Assembly (NCBI GenBank): GCA_040006675.1
Contig: JBDTWM010000002.1
Coordinates: 4,177-68,176 of the forward strand
Source: Dermatophilaceae bacterium
GTDB lineage: Bacteria > Actinomycetota > Actinomycetes > Actinomycetales > Dermatophilaceae
Length of the DNA stretch: 64,000 nt
Direction of reading: 5' to 3'
The number at the start of each line of letters is the position of its first letter. Within the stretch, counting starts at the first letter, position 1. Position numbers and translations under genes: made by a program. This document shows positions 59,025 through 64,000 of the stretch, piece after piece. The notes under the pieces were generated by a model. The model was not told the DNA's origin and did no database searches. It saw only the letters and a list, made by a program, of their open reading frames with translations.

Positions 59025-60143
59025 TCAGGTCGCGGCCAGGCGGGCCTGCTGCTCGGCCACGTCGTAATCGGGCGGCGGCCACTGCGGGTTCATGGCCCGC
59101 AGCTCGCCCAGCAGAATGTGCTGCACCGCCAGCCGCGCATACCACTTCTCGTTGGCCGGCACCACGTACCACGGGGCGTCGTCGGTGCTGGTCCGCTCCA
59201 GGGCGGCCTGGTAGGCCACCTGGTAGTCGTCCCACTGCGCGCGCTCGTCGATGTCGCCGGGATTGAACTTCCAGTGCTTGTCTGGCCGGGCGAGCCGCTC
59301 GGCCAGCCGCGCTCTCTGCTCGTCACGCCCGATGTGCAACATCACCTTGACGATCGAGGTCCCCTGGTGGGCCGTGGTCCGCTCGAAGGTGTTGATCTGT
59401 CCGTAGCGGCGGGTCCAGGTGGACTTCGCCACGAGATGGTGGACACGCACCACGAGGACGTCCTCGTACTGCGAGCGATCGAACACCCCGACCTGCCCGG
59501 GCGCCGGAAGGGCGCGGCGGATCCGCCACAGGAACGGGTGCCGGCGCTCTTCGGGAGTGGGAACCTTGAATGCGGTGATCTTCACGCCCTGGGGATCCAT
59601 GAGCCCGATGACGTGCCGCATGATGCCGCCCTTGCCGGACGTGTCCATGCCCTGCACGAGGAGTAGCACGCTGCGTCCGCCCTCGCTCCTGCCCTTGGCC
59701 TCGGCGTACAGGCGTTCCTGCAGCTCGGCGACCTCGTCGGCGGTCTGGACCATCACCTTCTCGGCGTCGTTCTTGCCTCCCTCGAAGCCGGGCGTGGAGC
59801 CGGGATCGACGTCGGCCAGCTGGAACCCCGGCCGTACGCGCAACGCGGTGCGGATCGCGTCGCTCAGCCCGTCATGGCCCGGGGCGCGCCGCGCCCGGGC
59901 GGACGGTTCGTCGCCCGCGGGTTCCGGCGGAGTCGGCACCGAGGTGAGCACGACACGACCCTCCTGGGCCTGTGCCTCGGTCTGGTCGGAGTGCTCGCTC
60001 TTCGCGTCCTGAGTCTCGCCGTCCTGGTTCTTCTCGTGATTCTTCCCGCGATCCTTGCCGTAGTTCTTGCCGCCGTTTTTCCCGTGGTTCTTGCCGTCCT
60101 TGGTCTGTGCGTCCTTGTTCTTCCCGTCCTTCTTTTTCGCCAT
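59025..60143 (-). CDS. PPK2 family polyphosphate:nucleotide phosphotransferase with a low-complexity N-terminus
   Basis: QGMDTSGKGG, FKVPT, FLWR, FDRSQYEDV, KHWKFNPGD. ATG at 60143. Confidence 0.92.
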   Translation of the reverse strand: MAKKKDGKNKDAQTKDGKNHGKNGGKNYGKDRGKNHEKNQDGETQDAKSEHSDQTEAQAQEGRVVLTSVPTPPEPAGDEPSARARRAPGHDGLSDAIRTALRVRPGFQLADVDPGSTPGFEGGKNDAEKVMVQTADEVAELQERLYAEAKGRSEGGRSVLLLVQGMDTSGKGGIMRHVIGLMDPQGVKITAFKVPTPEERRHPFLWRIRRALPAPGQVGVFDRSQYEDVLVVRVHHLVAKSTWTRRYGQINTFERTTAHQGTSIVKVMLHIGRDEQRARLAERLARPDKHWKFNPGDIDERAQWDDYQVAYQAALERTSTDDAPWYVVPANEKWYARLAVQHILLGELRAMNPQWPPPDYDVAEQQARLAAT

Positions 60144-60301
60144 GGGGCATCCTTGCATTCCGCGATCGACGGCACGACCCGGGCGGATGGTCCGCCCTCG
60201 TCCGCCGGTTGGGCCGCGTTCTCTCACGGACATCGCACCGCTCGACCCCGCGCGATGTTCGTCCCGTCATCGTGTCGGGTCCGCCCATCCCGTCGCAGAA
60301 A

Positions 60302-61510
60302 TCATCCCATCGAGTGGCCGAGACTGCTCGGAAAACCCTCCGCGCACAGAAACCCACGGACGACCCGGCCCCACCGTTCGGGCTCGGTGTTCCATTCTTG
60401 CGTATGTCGAGCGGTCTTCCACGGTTCGAACCGGACGAGGTCCGGGCGGGCCGTCGCGAGCGCGATCGACGGGCCGACCGGCACGAACTCGTCATGGATG
60501 GAATGGATCAGCAGCGTCGGGTGCCTCAGGTCGGCGGAGCGCAGCACCCAGTCCGCTTCCACGAGATCGAGCGGAGCTCCGACGCCCACCAGAGTGCGGG
60601 CGCCGCGCGAACGCAGCACGTGCGGCGCCAGGTGCCCGATGGCGGCGGGAACCTTGCCGAGCGCCACGTGATGACGAATCACATCGGCCCAGTCGACGAC
60701 CGGGGCGTCCAACACGACGTGCCGCACCGCGTCGGCATACCGTGAACGCGCCGCGGCCTGCAACACCATGGCCCCGCCCATGGACCAGCCGACCAGATCA
60801 AGCGATTTGGCACCGGCCGCCAGCGCGTGGCCCATCGCGGCGTCCACGTCGCGCCACTCGGACAGGCCGAAGCCGTAGCGCCGGTCCGGGCTCGCTGGCG
60901 CACCGACGTCATTGCGGTAGGAGATGACGAGGCTCGTGATCCCCAGGGCGTACGCGATCGGCACGGCCCGCAGGCACTCTTGGCGCTGTGCCCCGCGTCC
61001 ATGCACCAGAACAGCCCACCGGTTCCGACCCGCGAGACGGCCCGCAGGGTCACCCCGCACCAGCCATGCGGGGACCTCGCCGAGTTCGCTCGCGTAGGTG
61101 ACGTCTTCGTACGGTAGGCCGAGCGACACGTCAGGCGGTCTGCCGTAGTGATAGATGTTCCAGCGGGCTCGGCCGAGGCGCAGTTCCCCCGCGTCGACGA
61201 GAATCAGCCGACGTCGTACCCTGCCCGCAGCCCGGTCGACCGCAAGGACGTCGCCGACGCGCGCATGACCGTTTCCCCCGTCGAGCCACAGCCCGTAGAG
61301 CCCTGGCGCGACGGTCTCATCGGTCAGGGACAGCTCGACGGCGTCGGGTTCGACGGCGACCACGTCGACGTCGTCGAGGCGTTCGGCAAGGCTCGTGAAC
61401 CGGCGCAACACGTACGAGGCCACACCGAGGCTCCCGGCCGCCAGCCCCGCCGCTGCGGCGGTCGCCGGTGCCGCCGACCACGCAACGCGTCCTACCCGTC
61501 CCGTCGTCAC
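60302..61510 (-). CDS. Alpha/beta hydrolase family protein
   Basis: LVHGRG, SYRND, nucleophile elbow GWSMGG, HSIHDEFVP, RHTQEWN. GTG at 61510. Confidence 0.85.
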   Translation of the reverse strand: MTTGRVGRVAWSAAPATAAAAGLAAGSLGVASYVLRRFTSLAERLDDVDVVAVEPDAVELSLTDETVAPGLYGLWLDGGNGHARVGDVLAVDRAAGRVRRRLILVDAGELRLGRARWNIYHYGRPPDVSLGLPYEDVTYASELGEVPAWLVRGDPAGRLAGRNRWAVLVHGRGAQRQECLRAVPIAYALGITSLVISYRNDVGAPASPDRRYGFGLSEWRDVDAAMGHALAAGAKSLDLVGWSMGGAMVLQAAARSRYADAVRHVVLDAPVVDWADVIRHHVALGKVPAAIGHLAPHVLRSRGARTLVGVGAPLDLVEADWVLRSADLRHPTLLIHSIHDEFVPVGPSIALATARPDLVRFEPWKTARHTQEWNTEPERWGRVVRGFLCAEGFPSSLGHSMG

Positions 61511-61545
61511 CGCGCCATCGTCCCAGGCACGCCACAATGGCCGCC

Positions 61546-62610
61546 ATGGACCTCCCGATCCCCCTGCCGATCGTCCCGATGCTCGCGAAGGCGGTCACCT
61601 CGGTGCCGTCGCCGGACAGCGTTCCGGGCGGGATGGCGTACGAGCCGAAGTGGGACGGCTTTCGCTGCTTGGTGTTGCGTGACGGGGACGAGATCGAGCT
61701 CGCGAGCCGGGGCACGAAGCCCCTCACCCGCTATTTCCCGGAGGTGGTCGAGACGGTCCGCACGATGCTGCCGGCCCGCTGCGCCGTCGACGGCGAGTTG
61801 GTGGTCCGCGCCGGGCACCCCGGCGACCAGCGTCTGAGCTGGGAGGCGATCAGCGCTCGCATCCACCCGGCGGCGTCGCGGATCGAGCGACTCGCGCGCG
61901 AGACGCCGGCCGAGTTCGTCGCCTTCGACCTGCTGGCCGACGGCGACGATTCCCTGCTGGACGTCGCCTTCCAGGAGCGGCGCCGACGGTTGGAGGCGCT
62001 CGCCGCCGGCTGGCCGATGGCCGGGGGGCTCCATCTCACGCGGCTCACGCGCGACCCGGAGGTGGCGACGGCATGGTTCGAGCGCTTCGAAGGGGCGGGT
62101 TTGGACGGGGTGGTCGCCAAGCCGTTGGGGGCCCCGTACCAACCCGGCAAGCGCGTGATGCTCAAGGTGAAGCACAAACGCACCGCGGAGGCCGTCGTGG
62201 TGGGCTACCGGGTGCACAGCTCGGGGGCGGGCGTGGGATCGCTCCTGCTCGGTCTGTACGACCGGGACGGGGTGCTGCGCAACGTCGGCGGCATCGGGGC
62301 CTTCTCGGCGTCCCGTCGCCGTGAACTCGTCGACGACCTCGACTCACTGGTGGTGCGCGACGTGGGCGGCCAGGTCGCGTACGCCGCGACCGACCGTTCC
62401 CGGTTCAGCTCGTCGACGGACGTCAGGTTCGTCCCGCTGCACCCCGAACGTGTGGTCGAGGTGGCGTTCGACCAGCTGGAGGGCGTCAGGTTCCGGCACG
62501 CCGTCACGTTCCTGCGCTGGCGTGCCGATCGCGATCCTCGCTCGTGCACCCTGGATCAGATCGAGCGCGCCCCCGCGTACGACCTGTCCGAGGTGCTGGC
62601 CGAACACTGA
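61546..62610 (+). CDS. ligC: ATP-dependent DNA ligase (LigC type)
   Basis: PMLAK, YEPKWDGFR, VDGELV, FDLL, DGVVAK, KVKH, FRH. ATG at 61546. Confidence 0.88.
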   Translation: MDLPIPLPIVPMLAKAVTSVPSPDSVPGGMAYEPKWDGFRCLVLRDGDEIELASRGTKPLTRYFPEVVETVRTMLPARCAVDGELVVRAGHPGDQRLSWEAISARIHPAASRIERLARETPAEFVAFDLLADGDDSLLDVAFQERRRRLEALAAGWPMAGGLHLTRLTRDPEVATAWFERFEGAGLDGVVAKPLGAPYQPGKRVMLKVKHKRTAEAVVVGYRVHSSGAGVGSLLLGLYDRDGVLRNVGGIGAFSASRRRELVDDLDSLVVRDVGGQVAYAATDRSRFSSSTDVRFVPLHPERVVEVAFDQLEGVRFRHAVTFLRWRADRDPRSCTLDQIERAPAYDLSEVLAEH

Positions 62611-62724
62611 CTCCCGACCCCGCCGACCTGACGCCCCGTCGGCGTCCTGTCGCGAGAAGGCGCCATCCGTCTCGTTCCACCACCGTCTTGTTCCACGCAC
62701 AGGACCGCATGGCTCTGCGCCGGA

Positions 62725-64000
62725 TCAATGCTCCGCCTCGAACCAGCTCCGGCCCACGCCGACGTTGACCTCCAGGGGCACATCCAAGGCCACGGCCGCA
62801 CCCATCTCTTCGCGCACCAGCGCCTCCAGCGCCTCCCGCTCCCCCGGCGCCACCTCCAGCACCAACTCGTCGTGCACCTGGAGCAGTGCCCGCGAGGCCA
62901 GGCGCTGCTCGCGCAGCGCCGCGTCGACCCGAAGCATCGCCACCTTCATCACGTCCGCGGCCGAGCCCTGAATGGGCGCGTTCAGCGCCATTCGCTCGGC
63001 CATGTCGCGTCGTTGCCGGTTGCTCGACGTGAGATCCGGCAGATAGCGACGACGGCCCAGCATCGTCTCCGTGTACCCCTGGCGTCGAGCCACGTCCACC
63101 ACCTGCCGCAGGTAGTCACGCACCCCCCCGAAACGAGCGAAATACGCCTCCATCAGCTCGTTCGCCTCCGGGGTGGAAATGGCCAGCTGCCGGGACAGGC
63201 CGAACGCCGACAGCCCGTACGCCAACCCGTAGGACATCGCCTTCACCTTGCCCCGCATCGCCGACGTGACGTCCTCCGGCGCGACGTCGAACACCCGCGC
63301 GCCCACGAACCGGTGCAGGTCCTCCCCCTCGCGGTAGGCGTTGATCAGACCCTCATCACCCGACAGGTGCGCCATGATCCGCATCTCGATCTGGCTGTAG
63401 TCGGCCGACATCAACGATTCGAAAGGCCGGCCCTCCGGCGCCCCGACCACGAAGGCACCGCGGATCCGACGGCCTTCTTCGGTGCGGATCGGGATGTTCT
63501 GCAGGTTCGGGTCCGTCGACGACAGGCGCCCGGTCGCGGCGATGTTCTGCACGTACGTGGTGTGGATCCGCCCGTCGTCGGCGATCGACTTCAGCAGACC
63601 CTCGACCGTGACGCGCAGCCGGGCCGCGTCCCGGTGCCGCAGCAACGCCTCGAGGAACGGGTGTTCCGTTTTTTCGTAGAGGTCCGCCAGAGCCTCCGCG
63701 TCCGTCGTCCACCCGGTCTTGGTGCGCTTCGTCTTCGGCATCCCCAGGGTGTCGAAGAGGACCACCTGCAGTTGTTTCGGCGAACCGAGGTTGACGGTCT
63801 GGCCGTCGATCGCCGCGTACGCATCGTCCTGGGCCTGCACGAGCTTGCTGTGGAAATCCCCCTCCAGCTCCAGCAACGCATCCCGGTCCACGGCGATCCC
63901 CCGGCGCTCCATCGTGGCCAGCACCCTGACGAGGGGCACCTCGACGTCCGCCAGCAGCGCTGTTCCCCCCGACGCGGCCAGCTCCACGTCGAGTGCCTGC
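62725..64000 (-). CDS. polA: DNA polymerase I (3' part; runs off the window end)
   Basis: TGRLSSTDPNLQNIP, ADYSQIEMR, KAMSYGLAYG, NAPIQGSAAD, QVHDEL. Confidence 0.97.
   Translation of the reverse strand, partial: QALDVELAASGGTALLADVEVPLVRVLATMERRGIAVDRDALLELEGDFHSKLVQAQDDAYAAIDGQTVNLGSPKQLQVVLFDTLGMPKTKRTKTGWTTDAEALADLYEKTEHPFLEALLRHRDAARLRVTVEGLLKSIADDGRIHTTYVQNIAATGRLSSTDPNLQNIPIRTEEGRRIRGAFVVGAPEGRPFESLMSADYSQIEMRIMAHLSGDEGLINAYREGEDLHRFVGARVFDVAPEDVTSAMRGKVKAMSYGLAYGLSAFGLSRQLAISTPEANELMEAYFARFGGVRDYLRQVVDVARRQGYTETMLGRRRYLPDLTSSNRQRRDMAERMALNAPIQGSAADVMKVAMLRVDAALREQRLASRALLQVHDELVLEVAPGEREALEALVREEMGAAVALDVPLEVNVGVGRSWFEAEH

Overview
High-GC actinobacterial chromosome segment; gene order and content suggest a non-mycelial Actinomycetota (inference). 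1-27.9 kb is largely housekeeping: hisS, MBL hydrolase, DUF349, rel, secFD, ruvBAC, yebC, pdxTS, the PIM cluster, EF-G2, cimA, HIT, GNAT, thrS, a CapA-like lipoprotein, tRNA-Val and TIGR02611. 28.0-55.9 kb is an accessory carbon-storage/acyl-CoA block lying between tRNA loci. It contains a PHA module (two acyl-CoA ligases, thiolase, class II-like phaC, phaB, divergent phaZ), an MFS gene, DUF485-actP, and an unusual three-gene unit (R2-like ferritin-fold diiron protein, 2Fe-2S/FAD reductase, WS/DGAT). It also holds a phenylacetyl-CoA (paa) pathway with no recognisable paaK or paaI, an enoyl-CoA hydratase-GNAT fusion and a TetR/PaaR regulator. One palindrome, ACCG-NN-CG-NN-CGGT (PaaR-type operator), recurs in the promoters of the PHA, permease, diiron and paa units, suggesting a single regulon. 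56.2-64 kb holds tRNA-Val/Cys/Gly, glgX, ppk2, an alpha/beta hydrolase, ligC and the 3' part of polA. No CRISPR array, integrase or transposase was seen.
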